Positions 20,087 through 29,209 of a DNA stretch of 56,391 nucleotides are shown in pieces. How positions within the stretch are numbered: the first letter of the stretch is position 1; each line of letters begins with the position of its first letter. Source of the DNA: a virus (taxonomy: Duplodnaviria; Caudoviricetes); the IMG/VR virus record IMGVR_UViG_3300011271_000006, positions 1 through 56,391 of that record. One strand, 5' to 3'. Position numbers and translations under genes: made by a program. The notes beneath the pieces were generated by a model, which did no database searches, was not told where the DNA came from, and worked only from the letters and a program-made list of their open reading frames with translations.

Positions 20087-21432
20087 CCCGTACTACTATG
20101 CAGTGAAATATGTCTTGTGCCACTGGTAACATTTCTAACTTTCTTCGAAGCCGTTTCAGTCTTCAAAGATTGAGCAAATGTCATGAAAGCATCACTACCA
20201 TGGCTATATTGATCATGCTTAGGCTCTTTGCTAAATTGACCATTTTCAGGATCAACAGCATAACAATAACGCCTTAGACATTGCATACCATCAGCGGTAT
20301 TCAATTCATCAAAATTACATAATGGAAATACTGTTCTAGCAGCATTAATAGCATTTACCTTTTTATTGATGCGAGCAACAATCCTAGTTTTATGACCAGC
20401 AGCCCTAATAATTGCATCAATACTTCTACTTGCTAATGTTTCATCTTTTGCATCATGTGGTAGATAGTGCAACTCATAAATATATTTCTTATCTTGTAAT
20501 ATCTGTAGATAATGACCAACTTTTTTTAAATTATTCTGATAAAAATCAATAACATTAAATTCCATTCCTACTCGTTGAATAAACCAAATAGCAGTCTGAT
20601 CGCTATGTCCCAAGTCCCAAGCTGTAAAAACTGGTCTTTGAGGATCATAAGGTACTTTTCCTAATCGACCATCTAAAATTAGTTGATGAATTTCATCAGC
20701 AAAAATCGCTCCATCAAGCACTTGTTTAGTATGACCTTCCCATACTTCTAACCAACGATTTTTATCCTTCGCTCGTAACTGTTCCATTTCCTCTCGAAGA
20801 TCATCAGGAAACCAAGGATTATCAGACCAATTCACTTTCTCAATAATCGCATAACGATTACCATGTTTATCAAATTGATTAGGAGGTTCTAATACAAAAC
20901 GCTTATATGTTTCATCACTATCGAGTTCAGGGTTAAAACTAACCCAAATTTCTGGCCCTTTACCAAATGGCCCTAGATTGCCTCTAGGATCACTTTCATG
21001 GCGGCCACGAATAGTAGGACCAAGTTTGTCCCATGAAGTCTTTGAAACTGTATTAGCTTCCTCAACCCAAGCTAAATCAATTGCAGCCATCGATTTGATA
21101 GCTTCAATATTATACCTGATGCCTTTGAATATAAATTCTGAACCTGTTCTTTTTGATATTATGTTCTTATCATTAATTGCAAACTCATTCTCTAAACCCA
21201 TTGTATAGATTTGTTCTTTTAAATTTTCATGAACACTTTCAGCAATAGAATTTTGAAATTCACGAAAGCACGCTATGCGAAGTTTCTTTGTTGAAGCTAA
21301 AATAATTAAGGCACGAGCAAATCCGATAGTCTTTCCGGCGCCACGACCACCATAGGCAACTTTATATCGAGCCGACTCAGTTAATAAAAACTGAAGCTTT
21401 TCAAGAAATTCAATTTCTTGTTCATTATTCAT
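20071..21432 (-). CDS. terL: Terminase large subunit (PBSX-like)
   Basis: YGGRGAGKT Walker A, WVEEA Walker B, nuclease motifs WDLG and SHGSDAF. Confidence 0.95.
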   Translation of the reverse strand: MNNEQEIEFLEKLQFLLTESARYKVAYGGRGAGKTIGFARALIILASTKKLRIACFREFQNSIAESVHENLKEQIYTMGLENEFAINDKNIISKRTGSEFIFKGIRYNIEAIKSMAAIDLAWVEEANTVSKTSWDKLGPTIRGRHESDPRGNLGPFGKGPEIWVSFNPELDSDETYKRFVLEPPNQFDKHGNRYAIIEKVNWSDNPWFPDDLREEMEQLRAKDKNRWLEVWEGHTKQVLDGAIFADEIHQLILDGRLGKVPYDPQRPVFTAWDLGHSDQTAIWFIQRVGMEFNVIDFYQNNLKKVGHYLQILQDKKYIYELHYLPHDAKDETLASRSIDAIIRAAGHKTRIVARINKKVNAINAARTVFPLCNFDELNTADGMQCLRRYCYAVDPENGQFSKEPKHDQYSHGSDAFMTFAQSLKTETASKKVRNVTSGTRHISLHSSTGWMGA

Positions 21433-21446
21433 TTATCAATATCAAG

Positions 21447-21911
21447 TTAGAATTGAACATACGAAATTGAACCTTGAGCAATGATGCTTCCACTGCTTAT
21501 AGCACACAAAGCATTGCCTATCGGTATATACAAAACAGTTCCTAATCCATTACCTTTAGTAAATACAGTTGAAGTACCAAAAGTGTAAGTACCAGTTAAA
21601 TCATGTTGACCAGTGCCACAATTAGTTCCTGTCCCATAAACCCATTTAAATGTGCCTCCTGCACTACTAACTAAATCCCAAGATGTTACATAAATAGTTT
21701 GACCTGTAACAGCAGCTACAATTTGTGTAGTTGTAGCTGAAGAAATTGCTATAGGTAAACTATTAGACGCTGCCACAGCTTGAGCGCAATTACTCCCATT
21801 CGTTGTATAACAAAGAGCATTAGGCGATTGAGCAGAAGCAAAATTGGCGCCTAAAAACAGCGCCACTGTCACTAAAATTCCCAATAAGCATTTCATATTG
21901 ATAACCCTCAT
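21447..21911 (-). CDS. Secreted-type small beta protein with a signal peptide
   Basis: MKCLLGILVTVALFLGANFASA/QSP; four Cys in the mature part; Ser/Thr/Gly-rich. Confidence 0.7.
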   Translation of the reverse strand: MRVINMKCLLGILVTVALFLGANFASAQSPNALCYTTNGSNCAQAVAASNSLPIAISSATTTQIVAAVTGQTIYVTSWDLVSSAGGTFKWVYGTGTNCGTGQHDLTGTYTFGTSTVFTKGNGLGTVLYIPIGNALCAISSGSIIAQGSISYVQF

Positions 21912-22339
21912 TAAGAAATCTTTGCACCAGCATTAGAGTACCAAGCAGCAACACCAGCAGAACTAACAGAAAGACAATAATAATCACTTCTTTTTGCTGC
22001 CGCTTGTGCAACACCTATAGCAGTAGCTACACCATCAATCGTATCATTATTAGCACCAAAAACTTGAGCACTTTGAGCACCGTCATTTATAACAACAACT
22101 TGTGCACCAGCAGAAGGTTTAGATGGAAGTTTTACACTATCACCACCAGTGGCACAAATTGAAATTCTATTTAAACTTGCTGTTAATTGGTATGCGTTTG
22201 TTTTACCTCCACCGGCTTTAGCTGTTATAGTATCCTCAAAACTTAATCCAGTATAAGGACCGCCAAATAAAGAATTAAGAGATTGACCATTAATTAATCG
22301 AAAACCACGCGGAAATAAAGTAACAAATGTTCCAGCCAT
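21911..22339 (-). CDS. Putative capsid decoration / minor structural protein
   Basis: 142 aa, Ala/Gly-rich: ITAKAGGG..NA.QL, DSVKLP, INDGA....VF. Confidence 0.5.
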   Translation of the reverse strand: MAGTFVTLFPRGFRLINGQSLNSLFGGPYTGLSFEDTITAKAGGGKTNAYQLTASLNRISICATGGDSVKLPSKPSAGAQVVVINDGAQSAQVFGANNDTIDGVATAIGVAQAAAKRSDYYCLSVSSAGVAAWYSNAGAKIS

Positions 22340-22404
22340 AATTCAGTCCTTTCTTTGTTTCTTTAAGTTCTTAATGTATCATATATGTTTTATAATAAAT
22401 CCAT

Positions 22405-23478
22405 TCAGCTTGAAGAAGTAAATATGAAAATATCGCTCCTATTCCAAGCAAGATAACCGCAAACAAATAAAGCCACACAAGCCGAAACAGGCAAATGAAA
22501 CGGAAAATCAAAAATCGAGATAACAATAAATGACCCCACAATATACCTTTCATTTCGTTGTGTTCGCATTACAAGAGTGAAAAAAGCTATCGCTAATATT
22601 GCCCCTATAATCCCAAGCTCAAATAAAATCTGCAACAAATCATTGTGGGCAAACATTGGTTTAGTATATATATTATATAGACTATACATACTAAACGAAT
22701 TTAAACCCCAACCAAACCAAGTTACATGCTCTAAAATATCCTTCCAAATTTTTATCCGATAATAGGTACTATCAACTTTATCATCATTATAATAGTAAGT
22801 TAAAAGAATTATGGCAACAGTTATCAAACTCAACAAGCAGACTGTAATTATTTTAGATTTACTCCAACACCAGAAACTAAACATAACTCCTAAAGTAAAT
22901 ACAGCATTTCTACTTCCATTTAAAATAATTGAAGGCAATATAAATGGAATATACCACCATAATCTATAAACACATAAGCCGATAAGAACTATAACAGCAG
23001 TTTCAGCTAATGTATTTACATTAATAAATAAACCTCCCTTCATCCCAAACAGTATCAAAAAGTTTGATGCAATAATTCCTAATCCTAATCCTTTGAATAT
23101 TGACTTTAGCGAAGTTAAAAACGCTCCTAATATGAAGGCTTCTGCTAATATCAATAATTTAATTAGTTCATAAATTGCCTGATTATTATAAGTCCAACTA
23201 ATTGACCATCCGGCATAAATTATAAATAATAAGCCAATGAAATGAACTAAAGTAAATCTAATCTCTCTATATAACCAAATCAAACCAATCAAACAAAGTG
23301 GAAATGTCACTGAAGCAAAAGCCCATCTTGGTGAAGTAGGAGCACCACTAATATATGGCACATAAATTATAGCCAATAAGAAAGCGAGATAAGCCCCGAT
23401 AAAATCCAATCGAGGCTTATCACTTTGCGTAGTTAATGAATTCGATACCATGTGGTATTGGTTTGGCGATAAACCCAT
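22405..23478 (-). CDS. O-antigen ligase / O-oligosaccharyltransferase family (Wzy_C) membrane protein
   Basis: About 10 hydrophobic segments; GSRNA, R..IW......WFGWG..SF, AHND.LQ...ELG.IG and FPFH.P motifs. The true start may be a few codons downstream. Confidence 0.85.
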   Translation of the reverse strand: MGLSPNQYHMVSNSLTTQSDKPRLDFIGAYLAFLLAIIYVPYISGAPTSPRWAFASVTFPLCLIGLIWLYREIRFTLVHFIGLLFIIYAGWSISWTYNNQAIYELIKLLILAEAFILGAFLTSLKSIFKGLGLGIIASNFLILFGMKGGLFINVNTLAETAVIVLIGLCVYRLWWYIPFILPSIILNGSRNAVFTLGVMFSFWCWSKSKIITVCLLSLITVAIILLTYYYNDDKVDSTYYRIKIWKDILEHVTWFGWGLNSFSMYSLYNIYTKPMFAHNDLLQILFELGIIGAILAIAFFTLVMRTQRNERYIVGSFIVISIFDFPFHLPVSACVALFVCGYLAWNRSDIFIFTSSS

Positions 23479-24002
23479 TCAGGACATGAAGCAGCACCAG
23501 TAGTCGAAGGAACCGACAAGGCAGTTACACCACCACTTAATATAGTCCCTGATCCAGCCGTCATTGTAAGGGCAGTAACAATCTGTGTAGTACAAATACC
23601 AAATGTTTGATTGTCAACAAGCATTGTAGCAGGATCAAGCAAAACAGTTAATGCGGCAATAGTGCCAGAAGGTTCAAGGATCAATCTCCGCGCTAATGGA
23701 TTTTGAGGAATTACTTGACCATTAACAGCAGCTACGTACTGATAAGGACCAACACCAAGGTTCTGAAGTGAAAGTTTAACAGTCTGTGGGGATTGACCAC
23801 CAGAAGCATTAGTATCTGCCGGAATAGTTTCACTACCAGTCAAGGCAGGACCAGCAGGTACGGTATTAACGCAAACAGCGTTAACCGAACTAGAACAAAA
23901 AGATGATCCACCTACAATCGGATAAGGAAACCATTGCTGTGCAACACCAATACTAATAATAGAAACAACAGCAAATAAAGTCAAACTTAATTTCTTAAGC
24001 AT
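23433..24002 (-). CDS. Secreted-type protein with a signal peptide
   Basis: MLKKLSLTLFAVVSIISIGVA/QQW; four Cys; ends ..WVY....TTWYRI like fibre-type domains. Confidence 0.7.
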   Translation of the reverse strand: MLKKLSLTLFAVVSIISIGVAQQWFPYPIVGGSSFCSSSVNAVCVNTVPAGPALTGSETIPADTNASGGQSPQTVKLSLQNLGVGPYQYVAAVNGQVIPQNPLARRLILEPSGTIAALTVLLDPATMLVDNQTFGICTTQIVTALTMTAGSGTILSGGVTALSVPSTTGAASCPEWVYRQTNTTWYRIH

Positions 24003-24064
24003 AATAATTCCTTTCTTTGGTTCTTAAGTTTACTTATCAGCCTCCACCATTCAAGGTGGCATAG

Positions 24065-24661
24065 CTACTTAACTAACTTTAATTTCATAGGCAAAGGAGT
24101 AATCTCTGCTTCTGGTTTCTCAAAAGCATCTTGCTCAATCATTTCTTGTTTTTCTTGTTCAGGCTTTACAAATTTTATAGTCATAAAATTGTTACTAAGT
24201 TTTGTGCTCGCATCAATATCAATTTTAGTCCCAATATAACCCCTAATTTCAGCATAAAGCTTGTATGCAGATAATCTATCCTTACTTTCATGAATAAAGA
24301 AGCGACCATCAGGGGATTTTTCCTCGCTGAATTCGAGCAGTCTCACAGCGAGTGCATCTTTGTCAAGCAATTTTGTTTCTTGCTCGATTTCTTGCGCATA
24401 GGTGTCTCTAGCTGCGATCACAACAGGATCATTCAGCCAATTAACACTTACCCATAATGCTTTGTTGGTGTCTTTACCAAAGACTGCACAAGCGGCGTTA
24501 AACGGCTTAAAATGTTTGCTTAATTCGACACCAAATTGGCGTTTTAGAGCTTCATCGCGTCGCCAAGGTTGATCAATCTCAGGTGGTGAGCCCCACGAGC
24601 TAGGTAGCTCAACTTGAAAGATATCTTGGCGACCGAATGGCATAGAAACGCCGCTTAGCAT
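24065..24661 (-). CDS. Hypothetical protein, possible terminase small subunit
   Basis: 198 aa, helical, first gene of the late cluster, with an IDID...TIKFV tail; the call is positional only. Confidence 0.4.
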   Translation of the reverse strand: MLSGVSMPFGRQDIFQVELPSSWGSPPEIDQPWRRDEALKRQFGVELSKHFKPFNAACAVFGKDTNKALWVSVNWLNDPVVIAARDTYAQEIEQETKLLDKDALAVRLLEFSEEKSPDGRFFIHESKDRLSAYKLYAEIRGYIGTKIDIDASTKLSNNFMTIKFVKPEQEKQEMIEQDAFEKPEAEITPLPMKLKLVK

Positions 24662-24796
24662 AAATGAAACCTCTTGGCAATCTTCGTCACCAAGAGGCTC
24701 ATTTGATGGGGAGTAGTTCGGTAACTCGCCTGTCTTTTACTCCTGTTAGATGCGCTGGCGTGGCGCTAGTGCTGATCCTAATATTCATCAAACTCT

Positions 24797-25036
24797 TTAA
24801 GTCAATGCTGCTTCGATCATCTTAGCCCAAACCTCTTTATCCATATAAGGTTCAGGAGGACCAGCTTCTAGCATAGCTTCAGTAGGTTCTTTCATTGCTC
24901 TAATAACTTCTATAGCCTGAATAAAAGCTACTTCTTTAGCTATTTCCTTATATTTTCTATAATCCTCACAATTACACTCATTCACAAAAGCATTTGGATA
25001 TAAAATTCTAGCTACCCTCTCAATCATTTCACTCAT
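24797..25036 (-). CDS. Hypothetical protein (MIERVAR..REPT.AM family)
   Basis: Paralogous to 34016-34255. Confidence 0.65.
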   Translation of the reverse strand: MSEMIERVARILYPNAFVNECNCEDYRKYKEIAKEVAFIQAIEVIRAMKEPTEAMLEAGPPEPYMDKEVWAKMIEAALT

Positions 25037-25038
25037 TT

Positions 25039-25254
25039 TTAAGCCTTTATTGATTTATATTTAGTCCTCACGTGTTGATGAAAATAACTACCAGGAGATT
25101 TAGATATTTTAATTCCTTCATAATGTTCTTTAGGAACATTCTTAAAATGATGCGTTCCACCATTCTGAAAACACAGAACTAGAGTTTTATTTTCATCATC
25201 ATAATCGCAGCTTGATAATGATGATGAATTCTTGAATACATGGAGATTAGACAT
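25039..25254 (-). CDS. KTSC domain protein
   Basis: SS.L....YD.....L...F..G....F..VP...Y......S.GSYF...VR. Confidence 0.85.
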   Translation of the reverse strand: MSNLHVFKNSSSLSSCDYDDENKTLVLCFQNGGTHHFKNVPKEHYEGIKISKSPGSYFHQHVRTKYKSIKA

Positions 25255-25439
25255 TGTTTATTTCCTAAGTCAAATCTATTTTAATAATAACTTGTGATGT
25301 GTCTAATGCTGGCCAAAGTAATATTTGTCCTGTATTTAGTACAGTAAAATATGAAGGAAATCCTCTAATTTCTTTATTTAAAATTTCAAATTCCTCATTA
25401 CTAATACGATTTAATTCAATCATTTTATTTATTCCTCAT

Positions 25440-25518
25440 TGGTAGGAGCCCTCGGATTTGAACCGAGAATATCACTGCGTTTTAGGCGCAGTCGCTTTGC
25501 CAATTTGCGTAGGCTCCC
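25440..25518 (-). tRNA. tRNA-Leu(UAA) with a short variable region and encoded CCA
   Basis: GGGAGCC/GGCTCCT acceptor stem, D-loop TGG, anticodon arm CTGCG-CCTAAAA-CGCAG, T arm CTCGG-TTCAAAT-CCGAG, ACCA end. Confidence 0.88.
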
Positions 25519-25521
25519 GAT

Positions 25522-25752
25522 TTATTGTTTATCATAATCTTCTTGCGAACACGCTTCAACTACATAATGATTACTACACGCCCAATAAGTTATACGACCA
25601 AGAAACTTACGACATTCATATGAACCATAATCAATTTTTTCTTCCTTAATGAGATTTCCCTTCAAATCATATATCGTAACAACCATTGGGAATGATTTAA
25701 CATAATTTCTTAATGGAGCGTCCCAAGGCCCTTGGGGAGCTTTAACATTCAT
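25522..25752 (-). CDS. Hypothetical protein
   Basis: 76 aa with aagga RBS; resembles 27053-27280. Confidence 0.65.
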   Translation of the reverse strand: MNVKAPQGPWDAPLRNYVKSFPMVVTIYDLKGNLIKEEKIDYGSYECRKFLGRITYWACSNHYVVEACSQEDYDKQ

Positions 25753-25781
25753 TGTTTTTATTCCTTATTCATTAAAAGCAA

Positions 25782-25818
25782 CTCCCTCTTGGTACGCAAT
25801 ACCTTGACCAAGAGGGAG
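25782..25818 (-). terminator. Putative terminator hairpin
   Basis: ctccctcttggt / accaagagggag 12-bp inverted repeat followed by ttgctttt on the minus strand. Confidence 0.55.
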
Positions 25819-25913
25819 CTACCAGCAGTAAAATTATTACGTCATAAAACTAAGTAGTTGGCGGTTACTGCCATAAACCTAATATCCTGTCTATAGGATC
25901 GCCGCTAACTTAT

Positions 25914-26570
25914 TTATTGTGTTCGTGCAATCAATGCTCCCGTTGCTGGTGCAGTCCATGCGCCATAAGACTTTCCAGCTTCAACAGCACGAATGCTGAA
26001 TTTCCGAGTAAACTTGTAAACAGGAACAGTCTTGGTTTCCATGATCTTGTTGCCAGAAGCATCAAGCTCAAGCTTGTTCCTCTTACCACGCTTTGCTCGT
26101 TCAACAATCTTCGTTTCACCAGTATCTTGAGCAAAGCGCATATTAGCACTCGAAACCGTGCTACCAAGCGTTTTAACCGGATTAGGATGCTTTTCGGAAA
26201 CTGGAACAAAGAATGATTGCCCAACCTCCAAGCTATCAAATGGATAAACCGTAGGAGCACCACCACGGCCGCCAAAGCCACGCTTGCTAGGCGGGAGTTC
26301 CGCATTGGTGATCACAGCATATGGCGACGCTTTTGCCTCACCAGTAGTTACACCAGAGCCATTCAGCATAGCTTGACCAGGAGCAGTAAGCCTTACCATC
26401 GCTCGCCCTTGATCGTCAAGCATGTTCGTATTGACTTCGATCAATGCCGGTTCATGCGACAATAGCGGCGAAGCATCTTCCTTGGAAATATGGGTAACTT
26501 GGCCACCAGCAATGGCAGTAAGCAACCCCTTATTAACACTCTTCTTTGCAGGCTTAGCCATTTTCAACAC
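25914..26570 (-). CDS. Hypothetical basic protein, possibly DNA-binding
   Basis: 218 aa; YPFDSLEVGQSFFVP motif that I recognise from other phage proteins; GC-richer codons and its own promoter-like site near 26640-26668. Confidence 0.65.
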   Translation of the reverse strand: MLKMAKPAKKSVNKGLLTAIAGGQVTHISKEDASPLLSHEPALIEVNTNMLDDQGRAMVRLTAPGQAMLNGSGVTTGEAKASPYAVITNAELPPSKRGFGGRGGAPTVYPFDSLEVGQSFFVPVSEKHPNPVKTLGSTVSSANMRFAQDTGETKIVERAKRGKRNKLELDASGNKIMETKTVPVYKFTRKFSIRAVEAGKSYGAWTAPATGALIARTQ

Positions 26571-26676
26571 CTTTCACATTTAAATTTTCGATCCTATTTG
26601 GGTTGCTTGGCATCCCTAGGATCGCTTGGCGATATTGATCATTTAGGATAATTCAGAATGCTTGTCAACACCAAAT

Positions 26677-26937
26677 TCATTCTTTTTTAGGTTCAGTTGC
26701 AGTTGGTTTCTGCTCAACTAGCTTCTGTTGCTCCATCACTTGCGCACGAAGCTTGTTGATCAGGGGAGCTACATCATTGAACGGCATCGAGCCTAAACCC
26801 TTACCAATCAAGTCAACTTCAGCAGGAGTAACTTTCAAGCTGAATTCTTGTGGCTGTTGAGCTTGGACAGGCGAAACTACTACAAGTTCAAGAGCCAATT
26901 GAATAAATATAAAGCCAATTCGAGGATTATTATTCAT
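26677..26937 (-). CDS. Hypothetical protein with a signal-like N-terminus
   Basis: VVVSPVQA/QQ, then LGSMPFNDVAPLINKLR.Q. Confidence 0.55.
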   Translation of the reverse strand: MNNNPRIGFIFIQLALELVVVSPVQAQQPQEFSLKVTPAEVDLIGKGLGSMPFNDVAPLINKLRAQVMEQQKLVEQKPTATEPKKE

Positions 26938-27052
26938 AGTTCACAACTCGCATCATCAATTGCACCACAATTACCAACACATGATATCATATGCCCAATT
27001 ACAGTGACAAAACCATATACAAATAAATATTTTAGCCAAATCAATTTTTATT

Positions 27053-27280
27053 TTATTCATCATCAAGCACGTTGCATATCTCTATAAATTTATGTTCCTG
27101 AATACCCCAAAGGATCAACCGTTGCAACCATAATCGCTTCTCGGGGAAATAAAGATTGATGAATAAATCACGAATAGGATGATCCTTGTCAAGCTCATAA
27201 ACTCTCACTCGCACTGTAACATTCTTGCGATGTTCACGATAAAGATATTCAAATTGACGATCTTCTACAAGTGCTTCCAT
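27053..27280 (-). CDS. Hypothetical protein
   Basis: 75 aa; resembles 25522-25752. Confidence 0.6.
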   Translation of the reverse strand: MEALVEDRQFEYLYREHRKNVTVRVRVYELDKDHPIRDLFINLYFPEKRLWLQRLILWGIQEHKFIEICNVLDDE

Positions 27281-27528
27281 TTAATTACCTTAAAATGCCC
27301 CCCCCCCATCGCATTCACAAGTCCAAGCTTGTTACCGAAGGGTCTACCACCATTTCAGGAAGTAGCGGCACAAATTAAAATTCATCCTTCCACATTCGAT
27401 AATTATTCCACCATTGCTTTTCTTCAGTCTCAAATCGTTCTAGCGCACCAAGGAGCGAGAAGTCAACACCATAAGTGATTAATCCGTCAACTTCTCGCTT
27501 AATTGCAGCTAGAGGACCGATCAGCATA

Positions 27529-27759
27529 TTACTTGACCTTCACCACAATACCATCTTTCAACTCGGCTTCAGCATACCACGTATGAGCTTGTGGGTAATG
27601 CGGACCTTCAAGACAAACCTTGCCAGTAAAGTTACTCAAATCAGGACCAAGGCCCGGTTGATAGCAATTAACCTCACTCTTAGGAACCATTCGAGTTGAT
27701 TTAGCTACAGCCTCTTTCAGAGCCTTCTTTGTCTTAAAGTTGATCACAGTATAAGCCAT
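27529..27759 (-). CDS. Hypothetical conserved phage protein
   Basis: ggaga RBS; NFKTKKALKEAV...EGPHYP..H.WYA. Confidence 0.7.
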   Translation of the reverse strand: MAYTVINFKTKKALKEAVAKSTRMVPKSEVNCYQPGLGPDLSNFTGKVCLEGPHYPQAHTWYAEAELKDGIVVKVK

Positions 27760-27976
27760 TTGTCATTCTCCATTCATTACAGTTGATGAAATTCAACTAT
27801 ACTTGTGCGATCAAAACGTTGGCCTTGAGAATTAGTTATACACCAACAATCACGAGACACAACTTGGACAACACCATGATCACCATAAACATCAACTAAA
27901 ACTATTGTTGCTTTGTTGGCGACTAGTTGATCAGCTTGCTTAGGTGTCACGACACTTCCTCCTGTTGACAACAATG

Positions 27977-28004
27977 ATCATATACTAATCTAACTTCATG
28001 TCAA
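27977..28004 (-). promoter_or_regulatory. Sigma70-type promoter
   Basis: TTGACA-16 nt-TATGAT on the minus strand. Confidence 0.6.
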
Positions 28005-28216
28005 CAGCTTTAATTTAAAATTTTTAGGTCATTCAAATATATTGCATTTATATCACAGCTTCAAAATTCATTCATTTCAGCAATTTTACGGCGGCAATCT
28101 TCCTCCCATTGCTCCAAACTTTCCTCAAAACAGTGATAACAAAGCTTATCCTGTTCTTCTTCATTCTCATCGAATAAATTACCACAGCGAACGCAATTTA
28201 ACAACATAATTTCCTC

Positions 28217-29029
28217 CTATAGCTTCAAAATTCGCCGCAAAACTTCCCATTTCTCAACTGGTATTTTCACGATTACAAATTCATCCTGAGAGTCATCAAT
28301 ATCGCTATATTCAAATACATCAATCACAACCGTCTTAATCTGCTTTCGGCTCTCAGCCTCAGTTCCAGGTATGTTTGACGGCTTAACCTTCGTCTTGCCT
28401 TCAGCCTTAGCTTGTTCCAAGCCTTCCTTAAGCTTTTTTTCAGCATCGGTTCCTTCAACCTTGACCGTGCTAACTGCCATGGTAGCAGAAACGCTACCAT
28501 TGACAACCATTGTCTTGACGCCTTCCGGCAAGGTTAACAGGTCCAACACCTGACTAACCCGACTTGCCGATACACCAGCCTTCTTAGCGATATCGTTCTG
28601 CTGCCAACCAAGGTCAAGCAATCGCTTGAATACTTTGGCTTGTTCCATGCTGGTAAACGGCTTGCCCGTATTGCGCAAGATTTGAGCAAAGGTTCGGTCA
28701 GCTTCATTCGCATAACGATCTTCAGTCTTGACCGGAATGGTCTTAATCTCAGCGCCGTTTTTAATTGCCTTCAGAGTTGCCCACAATCTACAATGACCAT
28801 CCGACACATAGGCTTTGCCGCTTTCCCAATAGACTGTCAGAGGTTCCTTAACTCCAACTTCAGCGATGGAGCTTGCCAGCATCAGAACGTGTTCCTGGTT
28901 GGTAGGATCATTCATATCCCTACCGTTCCAATTAGCTTTGATGTGAAGTTGGCGCGGATCGACACGCCACATATCTGTACGGCCTTGTGCGATAGACTTC
29001 AGGCCGGTAGCTTTTTCGATGTTAGGCAT
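28217..29029 (-). CDS. ParB/Srx-like domain plus HTH protein
   Basis: LA.SI...GV..PL.V.......VSDGHCRL.A, then W....IAKKAG.S.S.VSQ.L.LL.LP; likely start MPNIEK. Confidence 0.85.
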   Translation of the reverse strand: MPNIEKATGLKSIAQGRTDMWRVDPRQLHIKANWNGRDMNDPTNQEHVLMLASSIAEVGVKEPLTVYWESGKAYVSDGHCRLWATLKAIKNGAEIKTIPVKTEDRYANEADRTFAQILRNTGKPFTSMEQAKVFKRLLDLGWQQNDIAKKAGVSASRVSQVLDLLTLPEGVKTMVVNGSVSATMAVSTVKVEGTDAEKKLKEGLEQAKAEGKTKVKPSNIPGTEAESRKQIKTVVIDVFEYSDIDDSQDEFVIVKIPVEKWEVLRRILKL

Positions 29030-29209
29030 GATTACACCTTGAAGTGTTAGAGAAAGACAATTAATGACATTTGCTCTTGTTCGACTTCGATAATGCATAC
29101 TCGTATAAAAACTTTAGGAACGCAAGTTAAATAATTGAATTTAAGATCACAAATTATTACAGATTGTTACAAAATGATCACTTTTTATGCTGCATTGCAA
29201 CATAAACTG

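Noticed and set aside
25480-25486. Amber suppressor (CUA) reading of the tRNA, implying a recoded genetic code
   Set aside because: The 5-bp stem fixes the loop as CCUAAAA with UAA central; core genes are intact under the standard code and TAG is used as a normal stop
25917-28900. Plus-strand ORFs overlapping minus-strand early genes (e.g. 25917-26216, 26217-26465, 28371-28553, 28640-29050)
   Set aside because: They are antisense to better-supported genes and have no RBS or recognisable motifs
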